64,000 bases of DNA from Paraspadella gotoi (Eukaryota > Animalia > Chaetognatha): positions 14,648,977 through 14,712,976 of the forward strand of contig CM119268.1 of the NCBI GenBank assembly GCA_051294375.1. The letters are read 5' to 3'. The notes beneath the pieces are model-generated. The model had not been told where the DNA came from and ran no database searches. It was given only the letters and a program-made list of their open reading frames with translations. Positions 49,064 through 62,805 of this stretch are shown here, piece after piece (position 1 is the stretch's first letter; each line of letters starts with the position of its first letter). The position numbers and the translations under genes were made by a program.

Positions 49064-49869
49064 TCTCTCCTCTCTCTCTCTCTACTCTACTCTCCCCGCG
49101 ACTCTCAGCACGAAGCATCTTCACCCCTTCCACCCCCTCCCACCCCGTCCACCCCCTCGCCACCCACTCTCTTCCACCACCTCCCNNNNNNNNNNNNNNN
49201 NNNNNNNNNNCACCTCCGCCTCCTCCGATTGTTTTTAATTTCCTCCAGGACCCTGCATTTTGTTCAACAACTTTTGGCTGACGCCCAACGAATTTCAATA
49301 CGTCAGCGGAAGAGAGACGGCGAAAGATTGGAAAAGGTGAAGTGGTGAAGGATTGGTGGGGATTGTAGGGGGTGTGGATGGGCAAGGGGGGTGGGAGGGT
49401 GGCGGGAGTAAGTGTGGCATAGGTCTAATTGATTGGACTCGGTTGTTTGTAATACTAAAAAAAGAGATATGAAGAAATTGGTACATTAAATTTGTCGTCG
49501 TCCTGATTTAAACTAATGTAGAGTAAAAGACAAATAAACATGAGCTTTCATCCAATCGTTATAAAGAATTGCACTGGTATCAATTCTAATTCCAAATTTT
49601 TAGATTCTAAGATTAAATATTTTTTTATGTTTTTCAGCTTTTGAGTTGAGAATGAAAAAAAAAGTGAAATTTAAAGTAATTGAGCTTTAATACTACAAAT
49701 CAAAGTATTAGATTCTTTTATCTTCCGGTTCACTTCAATCTCCTATTCCTTCTCCGAAAGGTCGATCCGTCACCACGGAAAAAGCATGAAGCTCCTTCTC
49801 TCCAAAGGAATCCTCCAAGTCCATCCGTCCGTCTGCGACTGCGACGGATGCCGGATTTCCTCGCCCGTG
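38954..49869 (+). CDS. SAMD11: SAND-domain SAMD11-like protein, N-terminal three coding exons
   Basis: Exons 38954-39113, 49249-49336 and 49761-49869 join in phase: ...LLEVECGENKGLLYLSKLCQGSKG-PCILFNNFWLTPNEFQYVSGRETAKDWKR-SIRHHGKSMKLLLSKGILQVHPSVCDCDGCRISSPV. KDWK is the SAND signature, and SKGILQVHP.CDC.GCRISSPV matches the SAMD11 N-terminus as I recall it. Downstream exons and the SAM domain were not found in the window. Confidence 0.9.
48504..48669 (+). other. Frameshifted duplicate of SAMD11-like exon 1 within the noisy duplicated block (probable assembly artefact)
   Basis: Same sequence as 38954-39113 with many 1-nt indels. Confidence 0.75.
49249..49336 (+). CDS. SAMD11: SAMD11-like exon 2 (SAND core, KDWK)
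   Basis: cag|..PCILFNNFWLTPNEFQYVSGRETAKDWKR|gtgaag; missed by the ORF track. Confidence 0.93.
49761..49869 (+). CDS. SAMD11: SAMD11-like exon 3
   Basis: aag|SIRHHGKSMKLLLSKGILQVHPSVCDCDGCRISSPV|gtgagt. Confidence 0.93.
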
Positions 49870-50821
49870 GTGAGTCTCAGCCGAGNNNNNNNNNNNNNNN
49901 NNNNNNNNNNNNNNNNNNNNNNNNNNNNNNNNNNNNNNNNNNNNNNNNNNNNNNNNNNNNNNNNNNNNNNNNNNNNNNNNNNNNNNNNNNNNNNNNNNNN
50001 NNNNNNNNNNNNNNNNNNNNNNNNNNNNNNNNNNNNNNNNNNNNNNNNNNNNNNNNNNNNNNNNNNNNNNNNNNNNNNNNNNNNNNNNNNNNNNNNNNNN
50101 NNNNNNNNNNNNNNNNNNNNNNNNNNNNNNNNNTTTTTTTTTTGCGTTCGTCGCGAAGTCAGATAATTTTGGGTGGAATCATTTTTTTTCTCTTTTCTTA
50201 CTAATTTTCTTTTTATCCTTTTTATCTTCTTTGCTTTTTATTCTTTTTCGTTTATTTACATTTATTCCCATCATCCATAATTTATTTCTTTTACTTTGTT
50301 TTTTCCGTTTCCTTTTACTTTTTTTTACTTTTTTTCTTCTTTCCCTTTTTTCTTTCTTCTCTTCTTTTTCTCCTAAAGCTTCTTTTTCTTCTTGCCCTTT
50401 GTTTCTTCCATGAGCCCCTCTTTACTTCCTTTACTCATAACTCGTTTTCCCCTTTGAACCAAAAGCAAAATTGAGGACGTACATAGAAAAAAAAAGAGAC
50501 AATCATTGCTAATCATTGCTGATGAACGATAACCGATGAGAGACGAAGTTAATGCGTAGTTACGTTAATCTTTAAAAATTTTAGTCTTGGACTTTTGTCA
50601 AAATATGCAATATAAAAAGGCCGTGAAAAAAAATTGTAAATCCCCTACAATACAATATTTTAAGGGAAAACAAGTTATGAGAAAACAAAAAGATTTTATA
50701 AATTCCGGATTTTTAACTTGTTAAATTTTATCGTCGAGATTTCCTTTGGTCGTTGTCCTCGTCTCTCTATTGCCTTCTTTCTCTTTCTCCCTTTTTTCCT
50801 TTCTTTTCTCGTCTCCGAATC

Positions 50822-50894
<73 letters not shown>

Positions 50895-51571
50895 TTCCTT
50901 TTCCTCGGTCTCGCCTCCTACGGCGCCGAAATTCCATCAACGGCCGGAAACGCGGACCGGAAATGCCATGGAAACGCCCACTTTCTTCGCGCCCCATTAG
51001 ACGCTCTCTCTCCCTCTCTCCTCTCCCTCCCCCCATACCGACGAAAATCGAACGACGGCGCCAGCGGCTCGGGAGTGGGAATTGGGGGGCGGAGGGCGGT
51101 AGGGTGGAGCTGGGGGTCACGGGTAAGGGCGAGACGTTGATGGCGCGGGTGAGTTTGCGCTGATGAGGAGCCGAAGTAGCGTCGGGAGGGTGAGGAAAAA
51201 GGGAGAAAATGACTCTCTTCTCCTTCTTCGATCCCTTCCTCTAATTTCCATGACCGGCTAGCCAAAAAAAAAGGGGGCGTGTCTCGTGGCGCTCAGCGTC
51301 GTGGCATTCGAAGATCCTGGTTCGAGCCTTCGCTCGTTCGTCGCTGACAAAAATTTTACGAAGAAAAACGAGTCGAGGTTTTTTTTGTTTCCAAACGACG
51401 GAGAAAGATTTAAACTGAGGTCGTTTCACCCACAGGCGTCTGTGGTTTGTCCGAAAAATGGACCACAGTTAGGATTCTTTACTGTGTCTTTGATTTTGTT
51501 TCCCCAGTTTTATGAACATTTGCGTATGTTTCATTCGTCTTTATTTATTTCCTTGTTTTTTGTCATGTCTG

Positions 51572-51603
<32 letters not shown>

Positions 51604-51924
51604 TNNNNNNNNNNNNNNNNNNNNNNNNNAAAAAAGATGGAGAGATTGGGGCTCGCGTCCATTCAAGAATTCGATTCCGTCTCTGTCATCGGTCGTCGTT
51701 TTCGTCGTCGTCAGTTCCCATTGCGGTCAATTCCTTTCCCTTCTACGTCGATAGTCATCGTCGTCGTCGGTGATAAATTCGTCATGGGTCGATTTTCGTC
51801 GGTGCGTCGGGGTCGTCGTTCCGTGTGTGGCGCGCTCGGGTTGTGTCGCCTCACGACGACGCGCACCGCGTCCTTCGCGGTCATCGCAGCGAGATAAACC
51901 GTGAAGCGGAAGAGGAGAGAGAGA

Positions 51925-51992
<68 letters not shown>

Positions 51993-52405
51993 GAGAGAGG
52001 GTGTGGAATTGAAGGGGTCTGCGAAGAGGCGAACGAGACCGAGGCGGGAGGTCTGCGTTTGATTAAAATGAATGACGCAAATTGGAAAAGGGATGAAGGG
52101 AAAAAAGCGGACGCGAGTGACGCGGGCGGTCGTCGTGGAGGCGACAAGGGGACGAACGACGACGACGACGACGAAAATGACCATGACGAATATCACGACG
52201 ACGACGATGACATCGACGTAGAAGAAAGGATGACCGCAATGGGTAAACTGACGACGACGAAAACGACGACGATGACAGAGACGGAATCGAATTCTTGAAT
52301 GACCGCGAGGAGAAAGAGGAAACTGAAGACGAACACGAAGAATAAAACGACGACGAACGTGACGTTCACACGAAATTACTAGGAAATTACTAGTAGTATC
52401 TTTGA

Positions 52406-52437
<32 letters not shown>

Positions 52438-53305
52438 NNNNNNNNNNNNNNNNNNNNNNNNNNNNNNNNNNNNNNNNNNNNNNNNNNNNNNNNNNNNNNN
52501 NNNNNNNNNNNNNNNNNNNNNNNNNNNNNNNNNNNNNNNNNNNNNNNNNNNNNNNNNNNNNNNNNNNNNNNNNNNNNNNNNNNNNNNNNNNNNNNNNNNN
52601 NNNNNNNNNNNNNNNNNNNNNNNNNNNNNNNNNNNNNNNNNNNNNNNNNNNNNNNNNNNNNNNNNNNNNNNNNNNNNNNNNNNNNNNAGGAGGAGGAGGA
52701 GGAGGAGGAGGAGGAGGAGGAGGAGCGAGAAGGGAGCGGAAGTTGTTGCCATGGGTGAGTGGGATCGAAGCCGACGGAGCGAAAGCGGGAAAGTTCCGGG
52801 GCAATCCTGTCTGCCGCGGATTTAAGGGGAGAGTGAGTGAGTGGGTTAGAAGGTGAGGTTGGTAAGGGGCGAATAAAAAGGAGGAAGGAGAGAAAAATGG
52901 GAAATTGTTGAGACGACGTGAGAAGTAGTAAAGAGGAAGTCAAAGAGGAGGAAATTTGAAAATAAAATGGAGGAAAAAGGAAAGAGGAGGAAAGAGAAGT
53001 TGATCGGGAAAAGGAAAAAAAGTAGGAAAGAAAAAAGAAAGGATTCACGAGAAGGAAAGGAACGAGGAGAAGATGGAGGAAGTGCGAAGATGAGGAGAAA
53101 GAGGAGGAGAGAGGACGAGGACGAGGAAAATGTGGAGATATTTCGCGGGCCATATCCTTGCAGTTTAAACTGTTAAACTTCGCGCAGTTTCGGGGAAGCT
53201 AACTATAAGTTCACCGCAACTACGCCCTGCGTCGGTCTTCGCCGGGGATTTCATTCCCGGCATATCCCCGCCCCAATTCTTGACGGGGACAAGACAATGG
53301 GCCAC

Positions 53306-53306
<1 letters not shown>

Positions 53307-53389
<83 letters not shown>
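53307..53389. repeat. (CT)n microsatellite
   Basis: Perfect run; similar runs at 26870, 50827 and 62724 and beside several N gaps. Confidence 0.95.
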
Positions 53390-53391
<2 letters not shown>

Positions 53392-55102
53392 TTCTCTCTC
53401 TGTCTCTCTCTCTTTTTCTCTCTCTCTCTCTCTATTTCTCTCTCACTCTCTCTCTGTGTGTCTCTCTTTCTCTCTCGAAGAAGAAGACGAAAAGAAAGAT
53501 ATGAAAAACAAGAAAAAAAATTAAGAAAGACAAAAAGAAAGATAGAAAGAAAAAAAGAAAAAGAAAGAAAGAAAGGAGAAGGTGGAAATAAAAATAAATA
53601 AAAAAGAAAAAAAGGAAAAAAAAGAGAAAAGAATAAAGAAGAAAAAAAATCAATCTATCAAATCAATCAATTAAGTTTGGTGTGCAAACAATTAATTTAA
53701 TTAATGTTTTTAACTGATTAATTAATTAATTATCACTAATGATCGTGGGCAGATCGGAACATTGTTTGCTCAAACTTGCTTTTGTTAAAGACTGCGGTTT
53801 GAGGTTAGGATTAGGTATATTTATTAGGTTTGTTTATGGTGAGTGATTTAGTTATTTGAAAAAAAGAAAAGAAGAAATGAAAAAAAAAATATTTTTTTTC
53901 TAGTGTTGCTAATTAAAAAATTAAAAAAATAAAATTTTATATAAATAATTTATCTACAGAAATGAACTGAAAACAATAAAAGTTTTTTTAAATGATTAGA
54001 TTATTATTTTTGATATTTTTTTAGATTAATTTTATATTTAATAAATTTTCCTCAACATATTTTCTTTGATTCAAAGTTGAAACAACATTTTTAGTAACTA
54101 AAGAATTTTTTTTGTAAAAAACTTTCCAAGAACTGTATTTTTAGAAGGAACAGTTTCTACTGACAATTAGAAATTTATAAGAAGAAACTTATATGATTAA
54201 AAGTGAGTGATGAGGAAGAGGACTTCTTGTTTTGAAGAGCAAGTTATGTGTGAACCTAATAGATATCAATTTTATTTTCATTTTTATGTTCTGTACCTTA
54301 GAAAGAAAAACAGAGCCCCTTCGATGTACTGTGCTAAACTTCATTATGATAAATAAAATTATTATTCTCTACTAACATTCATTTTTTTTTCATGGTATGC
54401 AAAGATTCGAATCTATTTTCTCATCCATCAAGTAATTAATATGTATTGTATTTTCTTAAATTAGAGATAATTAATATTTTTTATGTTTTCAGTAAAAATA
54501 TGATTTATAACATAAGCATGCCTATGGATATGTAACAGGACTTTTTGTGGATTCGGGCCGGGGGATAGGGCCGTTGTCAAATTAAATGTCAATCCCCATC
54601 AAACAATCGAGTGGCGGGGGTTCCCCGCTGTGGAATAATGCTGGAGGGCTTCAAATGTTAATCCCCATAAAGAAAATTTAGGGTGCGGGATTTCCCTAAA
54701 ACCAGTGGAAAAGAAGACAGTTTTTGTGACCCGAGAAAGAAGCGGTCGCAGTTGAAAACTGTCCCCCTTATAGCCAGGTTCAAACTGCGCCTTTTTGGAC
54801 GGCGTAATACTTGAAAATGTGGGTGTGAAGACGAAGAGGAAGAGGAAAGGATGGAGATGAGGAGGCGAGTGGGTGTGAACCGTCGGAGAGACTTTGGATT
54901 CCGGCGCGAGAACGAGATCCGGCGCCGGAGGGAGATTAAGGCGAAAAAAAAAGAAGAAAAGGATAAAAAAAGGAGGAAAGGAAAGATATCAGAGGAGGAA
55001 AAAATAAGGAAGGAAGAAGGGGATGAGTGTTTGTGGAGGAAGGAGTAAACAAAGGTAGGAGGGAATGTAAAAGAATGATAGTTGTGAAAAGAGAAGAGAA
55101 GG

Positions 55103-55182
55103 GAAGAGAAGAGAAGAGAAGAGAAGAGAAGAGAAGAGAAGAGAAGAGAAGAGAAGAGAAGAGAAGAGAAGAGAAGAGAAGA
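55103..55182. repeat. (GAAGA)n pentanucleotide microsatellite
   Basis: Perfect run. Confidence 0.95.
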
Positions 55183-56421
55183 AAAAGAAAAAAAGCGCGC
55201 TAACCCCAGAGCTGAGGGAAAGAAGGGATTGGAAAGAATCGTTGCGAGTGAAAGGGTCGAAACTCTAAAGGAGGAAAAGAAAGGAAAAAGATCGTTCGAT
55301 TTAAAAAAAAAAGGAAAAAAATGGAGGAAAATGAAAAAAAAGAAAAAAAAGAAAACTGGAAATCGGAGAAATTAAAGGAAAGAAGCGGAAGAAAATGACG
55401 ACCACGATGACCCGAGAGGAGAAAAAAAGTGAAAATAATGAAAAGTATAGGAGAAAGCTTGGTAAAGAAAAAAGCTTGGTTTAAAAAAAAAGAAAAAAGG
55501 CGTCGGAAAGGGGATAAAAGCGAAGGAAGCGGAAATGAAGGAAAGAGAAGCGAAGATTAAAAAAGGGGGGGGGAAAGGTAAAGGCGTCGAGGAAGGCGAC
55601 GACACGATATCGAATATTGGGGAAAAAATCGAAAAGAAGGAAGAGAGGCAGGTAATCTGAGAGTAGGAGGAGGAGGAGGAGGAGAAGGAGGAGGAGGAGA
55701 AAGAGGAAGAAGATGGAGACGAGGACGAGGAGTTGAATGATTGGTTGATTGGAACGGAGAAGGTGATGACAAACTAGGAAGAGAACAAAAAACTTCCGTT
55801 TTTGAAAGGAGGAAAGGAGAAAAGGAGGAAAGGAGAAAAGAGGGGAAAAAAAGGAGGAAAGGAGAAAAGAAAAAAAATGACGATGGCGACTAAGTCTGAG
55901 AGAGAAAAAAAAAGAGTTTAGAGGGGGCGCGACCGCGAAAAGAAGGGGGGTGTAACCGCCGAGAAAAGAGTGGGGGGGCAATGGAGGGGGGGGAGAGAAG
56001 GCGCGAGAGGAGATCAGCACCTGTCGTTTGAGGCGGCGACGATCGTCGAGAAAAGAAGCGGGTGCCGACGCTGAGTCGACGTCGCCGACCGTAAACATGT
56101 CGGTTGGAGGGAGAAGGGGGAGGGGAGCTAGGAAGAGGGGGAGATGAGAAAAGTGGAGGAAAGAGGAAAGGGGAAGTGGGAAGTTGGGGCGAAAGAGAAA
56201 TGAGAGGGGGAGAAAATAAGGGAACTTAGTTTTTCATGCATTTCTGGAAAAACATTTTTGAATGGAAAGAGAGAAGGAAGGCGCGAAAGTGGAAAGAAAG
56301 AAAACATATAATTTAAAATAAGAAATAAGAAATAAGAAAGTTATTTAAGAAATGAAAAATACAGAAAAAATGAAAATAAAAAATGAAAAATAAAAAAAAT
56401 AACATAAAAAAAAACAATATT

Positions 56422-56508
<87 letters not shown>

Positions 56509-57924
56509 CGGGAGCCAAGAGGCGAGACTCGAGGCCAGAGGAGCAAGACGCGAGAAACGAATTAAGGGAAGGAGAAACAGCGGGAGTCGGGAATTAGGAG
56601 GAAGAAAGGGAGGAAAGAAGAAGATGGGGAGGAAAGAGGAAGAAGTTGGGGGAGGAAACGAGGCGAGAAGAGAAAATGGGAAAGATGAGAGAGAAAAGAG
56701 GGAGGATAAAAAAAGGAGAGTTGAAGGAAAGAGAGAGAGAAGAAAAGAAAGAAAGAAAAAAATAAATAAAGAAAGAAAGATAGAAAAAAAGAAAGAAAGA
56801 AAAAAAAACTTGAAAAAATAAAAAAAAATAAAAAACTCCAAAAATAACATTCAAAAAAATATTTAAAATTACTATCTTTTTGGTCTCATCGCTAAGAAAA
56901 ATCGTTGAACTCGAGCGCCAATTTCGATTCGCGCCTTTTTTTTTCCTTTCCTTTCCTCCTTTTCTTTCCTTTCCTCCTCTCGCTTCCCTCTCCTCCTCTA
57001 ATTAATGGATGCCAGGTCACATGTCCATTGGCCTCCGCTTTCTAAATCGTCGACTCCGTCGGCGGTTGGCTGATGACAGCCCGAGCGCCTCGCGAGGGTG
57101 AGAGAGGTAAGGGGCGGAAGGAAAGGGTCGACCTCGAGGGGCTGGTGACGCAAGCGGGGAGGTGGTTTTTCTCGTCATGGACAAATTTCACATTGAGCGT
57201 CTTAATTATAAAGGTTTAATTTTTTTTTTAAATTAGGCTTCTAGAAAACATATCGTTTTACTTTTTTTTTTTAAGATTAAAAATGAATTTATAAAATTTT
57301 TAAAATATATTAGAAATTTTAACCTCTACGTCCTAACCAAAAAAAAACCGTTTATTTTCTGCGTCGCACGATGAAGCTTTTATCTCTCTCTCTCTCTCTC
57401 NNNNNNNNNNNNNNNNNNNNNNNNNNNNNNNNNNNNNNNNNNNNNNNNNNNNNNNNNNNNNNNNNNNNNNNNNNNNNNNNNNNNNNNNNNNNNNNNNNNN
57501 NNNNNNNNNNNNNNNNNNNNNNNNNNNNNNNNNNNNNNNNNNNNNNNNNNNNNNNNNNNNNNNNNNNNNNNNNNNNNNNNNNNNNNNNNNNNNNNNNNNN
57601 NNNNNNNNNNNNNNNNNNNNNNNNNNNNNNNNNNNNNNNNNNNNNNNNNNNNNNNNNNNNNNNNNNNNNNNNNNNNNNNNNNNNNNNNNNNNNNNNNNNN
57701 NNNNNNNNNNNNNNNNNNNNNNNNNNNNNNNNNNNNNNNNNNNNNNNNNNNNNNNNNNNNNNNNNNNNNNNNNNNNNNNNNNNNNNNNNNNNNNNNNNNN
57801 NNNNNNNNNNNNNNNNNNNNNNNNNNNNNNNNNNNNNNNNNNNNNNNNNNNNNNNNNNNNNNNNNNNNNNNNNNNNNNNNNNNNNNNNNNNNNNNNNNNN
57901 NNNNNNNNNNNNNNNNNNNNNNNN

Positions 57925-57958
<34 letters not shown>

Positions 57959-59459
57959 CGCCAAGTGTTGCCGAGTCCATCACGAGTGAGTTTTAGATAA
58001 TTTCCTTGAAAAAAAGCGAAGAGAGAAGAGAATTGTTGTAAGCGTCAGTTTTTTTGTGATGGTTTTTGTTGTCATTTTGGTTGTTGTTGTCGTCCTAGTT
58101 TTTGTTGGGGGGTGTGTTGTTGTTGTTACGGGAAAATTGTCATCGTAAAAATGAAAAACAGAAAAAAAGGGAAAAAAAACCTCATCGCCAATCGTCGTCG
58201 TCGTCGTCGTCGTCGCCTCAATTCCGAAATCGCGTTATCTCGGCAAAGTTATCTTTAGCCATCGTCGTCATCGTCGTCATCTCCCGTTGCACTCATCGTC
58301 GTCGTCGTCGTCGCTGTCATCTCTCCCCGGCTGTTCGCTCATCCGCGAATTTTGCCCCGCCTTCGAGTCCCCCGTTGACGCCAACGCCGACAGCGCCGAC
58401 AGCGCCGGCAGCGCCGACAGCGCCCTCGCCGTAGATTCTGTCGCCCACTCAGTCAACACAGACAAAGTCTCTAGTCGACAACACAGTCGTCGTCGTCGTC
58501 GTCGTCGTCCTCGCAGCGAAAGAAACGCCAGCTCGGGCGCCATCTTCTTCCGTTTCTCCGCCCGCCTAAAGCCACACCCACCGTCGGCGTCGAAAACGCG
58601 GACACGCCCCCTTTCAGACTCCGCCTCCGACCACGCGCCTCGTTTCGGCACCTGCGACTCCCCCCTTTCTCTTTCCTTTTCTCTTTTTCTTCTCTTTTGC
58701 TCTACTTTTCTATTTTTCTTTTTTTTTCTTACTTCCTCTTTTCTCCCTCTTTTTCTCTTTCTCTTTCAATTTTTCTCTTTCTACTTCTCTCTCTTTTTTT
58801 CTCCGTCAAAATTCTGGTTGCAGCCACGCGATTCTTCGTTCNNNNNNNNNNNNNNNNNNNNNNNNNNNNNNNNNNNNNNNNNNNNNNNNNNNNNNNNNNN
58901 NNNNNNNNNNNNNNNNNNNNNNNNNNNNNNNNNNNNNNNNNNNNNNNNNNNNNNNNNNNNNNNNNNNNNNNNNNNNNNNNNNNNNNNNNNNNNNNNNNNN
59001 NNNNNNNNNNNNNNNNNNNNNNNNNNNNNNNNNNNNNNNNNNNNNTCCCTCAATTTGCTCTCTCCTCCTTCCTCCCTCTCCCTCTCTTCTCTTCTCGCCG
59101 AGCGTGGATTCTGGCGCTCTCTCTCGCTCTGGCGTTTCCGGCCTCCACGCGGGTCCGCTTTCGCCCTCGCTCGCGTAACGCCGCTCTCGTATCGGCGCCG
59201 TTACGAGACTGCGCTCCGAGGAGGCAACGAATTCGATCGAGGCGCCGCCGGATTTTTTTTTCTTCTCTCTTTTCAAACGACGACGATAAAGACGACGACG
59301 ACGCCGAGGACGATGACGGAGACGATGACGACGACGCCGTCGGCGTCGATAGCGGCGTCGGGGGCGGCGTCGGCGTCGGGGGCGGCGTCGGGGGCGGCGA
59401 CGCGAAGACGATTGAGGAGGGGGGGAGAATAGAGGGGGAGAGAGATGGATAAGGAGAAG

Positions 59460-59750
59460 GAGAAAAGAAAGGAAAAGGGAAAGAGAAGAAATGAAAAGGA
59501 AAAGAGAAGAAATGAAAAGGGAAAGAGAAGAAATGAAAGTGGAAAGAGAAGAAAGGAAAAGGGAAAGAGAAAAAAGGAAAAGGGAAAAGGAAGAAAGAAA
59601 AATGGAAAGAGACGAAAGGAAAAGGGAAATAGAAGAAAGGAAAAGTGAAAGAGAAGAAGGGAAAAGTGAAAGAGAGGAAAGGAAAAGGGAAAGAGAAGAA
59701 ATGAAAAGAGAAAGAGAGGAAAGGAAAAGGGAAAGGGAAGAAAGGAAAAT
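59460..59750. repeat. Purine-rich minisatellite, about 21-bp unit (GAAAAGGGAAAGAGAAGAAAT/G)
   Basis: About 14 degenerate tandem copies; they produce the spurious FPFPFFS ORFs. Confidence 0.8.
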
Positions 59751-62719
59751 AGGTTATAGAGTACGAAAAGAACTCGAAGAAACGTCCAGAGAGAGAGAGA
59801 ATAAGTAAAAGGAGAAAATTTGTCAGATTGTGGTAAGAAACAAAAAGATCGGAAGAGGAGGAACGTGAAGAGAAAGAAAAACGAACAAAGTCAAAGAAAA
59901 CGCGGAAAATTCTTGTCTGAGAATTCGAAAAGGGCAAGTTTGAAGGTAGAGTGGCTGAGAGAGGAAAGTGAGCAGAAATTAAACGGGTAGAAATTTGAAA
60001 GTAATCGGCTAAAGACTTGAAACAGAAAAATTTAAAGTGTATTCCATCAGTTTAAGAAGAAGTTGAGCAGAAATTAAAGATGGATTAACTGAGAAAGAGA
60101 AAAAAGCGATGGTTAAAAAGGTCATCAAAAAGCGAAGTAAAGTGAAAGGAAAAAAAAAAGAAGAGAAATAGGAGAAGATGAAACAAGAAGTCTAAGGAGA
60201 TGATAAGGAAAATATAAATTTTTTTGGGGGGGAAAGAGTATGATTGGAGAAAGGGGGGAAAATGAGAAAATGAATAAAAGGAAGGAAAAGGGATTGAGAA
60301 TGGAAAAGAAAAGGGATTGAGAATGGAAAAGAAAAGGACAAAGAGTTTGAGAGAAGAAATCAAAAAAATTGGCGGTGGGCGGAAATGAGAATCGAAATTT
60401 TGAAGAAAAAAGTGGAGAGGTTGAAGAAAAAAAAAAGAAATGAAGGAGAGAAAAATATGTAGTAGTTTAAAGATCGTTATGAAAAATGGCATATCATGAT
60501 AAACCCTTCAAACAAAATTGTCTAGTTATTGAGAAATATAAAAAAGGTAGGTAGGTAAAGGAAAAAATAAAAATTTATGAAGCAGAAAAAAAATCGGAGA
60601 AACTAATACGTTGAAGCTTCTCCGTATACGACAATCACGACGAGGAGGAGACAAAAGCAACAAAGAAAAAAAAGGAAAAAAAGAAAAGAAAAGAAAAGAG
60701 AAGAAGAACAGAAAACAAAGAAAAACGGCGCGGAAAAGCGGCGGAAGGAGGGAAAGGAAAAAAAAACTGAAACCCAAGATAAAAAGAAAGGAAAGTGGAA
60801 TTGGAGGAGAGGAGGGAGAATATGACGTCGTCGTCGTCGTCGTCGTTCCTGGCGCCATCTTATTTTCGTCACCCACTACGTCACGAGGCGTCACATGGGT
60901 CACGTGATATGTGTCACAAGGGAACGGGGAAGCGGAGGGAGCGAAGCTGGAGGAGTGAATCGGGGAGATGGAGTGGGAAAAAAAGAAGAATGGAGGAAGG
61001 GGAAGGAAAGGATCGAAAATGTTAAGAGAGGAAAGAGATAAAAGGGGTGAAAGCAAACACTAGGATGAGATTAAAAAAATATTTAAAAGGGTATTATATA
61101 TATAACGTAAGGTTATTAATGCAATGTGTATTAAAATGCGTAAAGAAAACTAGAAAAAGATTGAAAGAAATGAAGCTAAAAATCTAAACGCAAGAATATA
61201 AAAACAAAAAAGGAGAAAAAAAGGGAAAACATTCGGAATAAAAAGAATAAAGATAATGTTGATGGTGCTGAAAGACAAAAAAATAGACGGCAAAAACTAA
61301 CCTTTCAGAACAACAAACAAAAACAACAAACAAACAAACGAATATTGTAAAATTTCTCTACTAAAAAAAAACAAGGAGAATGAGCGAAAAAGCGAAAAAG
61401 CGAAAAAGCGAAAAGGAAAAGCAGAGAAAGAGACGACGAACGAAAAAAAGACAGAAAGAAAGAAAGACAGAAAGAAAGAAAGAGAGAAAAGCGAAAGGAA
61501 AAAAAGAAATATTGGATGTCAGAACGGCGCCGTTGGTGAGCGCCGTCGGCGGTCGGCGGCGGCGGCGGCGGCGGCGGCGGCGGGCGAGAGAAACGCCTCC
61601 TCACTCGAGAATCGGGTTCACGCGTCTCAGATCAAGTCGCGAGTCCCAGCCCACGCAGCTGCCGCAAACGCTGCCGCAAAAGCTGCCGCAAACACCGTCG
61701 CATCAACAAAAACGCTGCAACGCCGCATCGACCGAAGCCGCAACTAAAAGAGCGCCGCTCTCTCTTACATGCAGAAGTCGTCAACCGGCGCTTTAGATTT
61801 TCTCTCAAGTAGTTAATTCTTGGTACTTCGTCCACATTTTTACCCACAACGGCGCGACTCATCTTCGGGAAAACAACCTCCACGATCCACAGCGTTTATT
61901 TGCTCAAACATGAGTGAACCGAGAGAAAGTGAATGTTCCCCCGTTCACCAATTTCTCCGCCAGACGCCAGACTCGTTGGCCCGCCCCGTCTCGAACCTCC
62001 TCGCCATTACACAGTCTACATTGTGCCATAAACCGTAGTGGCAATGCCGTAACGCGGTCAGAACGCTGACCCGCCAACCGTAGTGTAAACAACTTAATCA
62101 TGCAAATTACCGAAGCCGACGACGAAGAAAGACGAGAATCCGTGGGCAGAGACGTCGCCGAGCCGAGATGGGCGTCGAGTTGTCGTTGTTAATGTTGTTG
62201 TTGTTAATGTTGTTGTTGTGGTTGGCTAGGTCGTCGTGGGCGGACTCGGCTCCAGGTTCTCCGTCTGTGACGACGGAGGCAACAAGTTCGACCAAAAATT
62301 CTTGAGGGGCGATCTCATCGGGAAAAAGCCTTTCAAAGGACAGGATTCATTTTTCATTTAATTCAAATAATGTACTTTTTTTTTCATTTTAAAAAAGTTT
62401 TTTTTAAAAAAAACTTCAAACTAAATATATAAAAACAATTTTAAGAAAAAATTTTTGAAGCAGTAGCTGAAACACGAACATTTTGAAATTTTCCGTTCGG
62501 GCGAATCAGTCGGCGTCGGTTTCGATTCTTCGTCCAATAAAAAATAATTAAAACACAAAAAATTTAAAAAAATAAATGAAAAATTCCCGAAAATTAAAAC
62601 GAAACCCTTAGACCTCGGGCCTTGAAAAAAAAATTTAAAGAAGACAATTTAAAAAAAAAAAAAACGTCGGGTTTTGAATCTGATCCAAGATTTTCATCCA
62701 TTTTTTTCCTCCTAGAGAA

Positions 62720-62805
<86 letters not shown>

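Noticed and set aside
53152-53160. ATATCCTTG resembling a U12-type AT-AC donor
   Set aside because: No recognisable upstream exon or matching U12 branch site
61611-62038. Possible next SAMD11-like coding exon
   Set aside because: Candidate frames stop early, lack good splice sites and show no recognisable similarity
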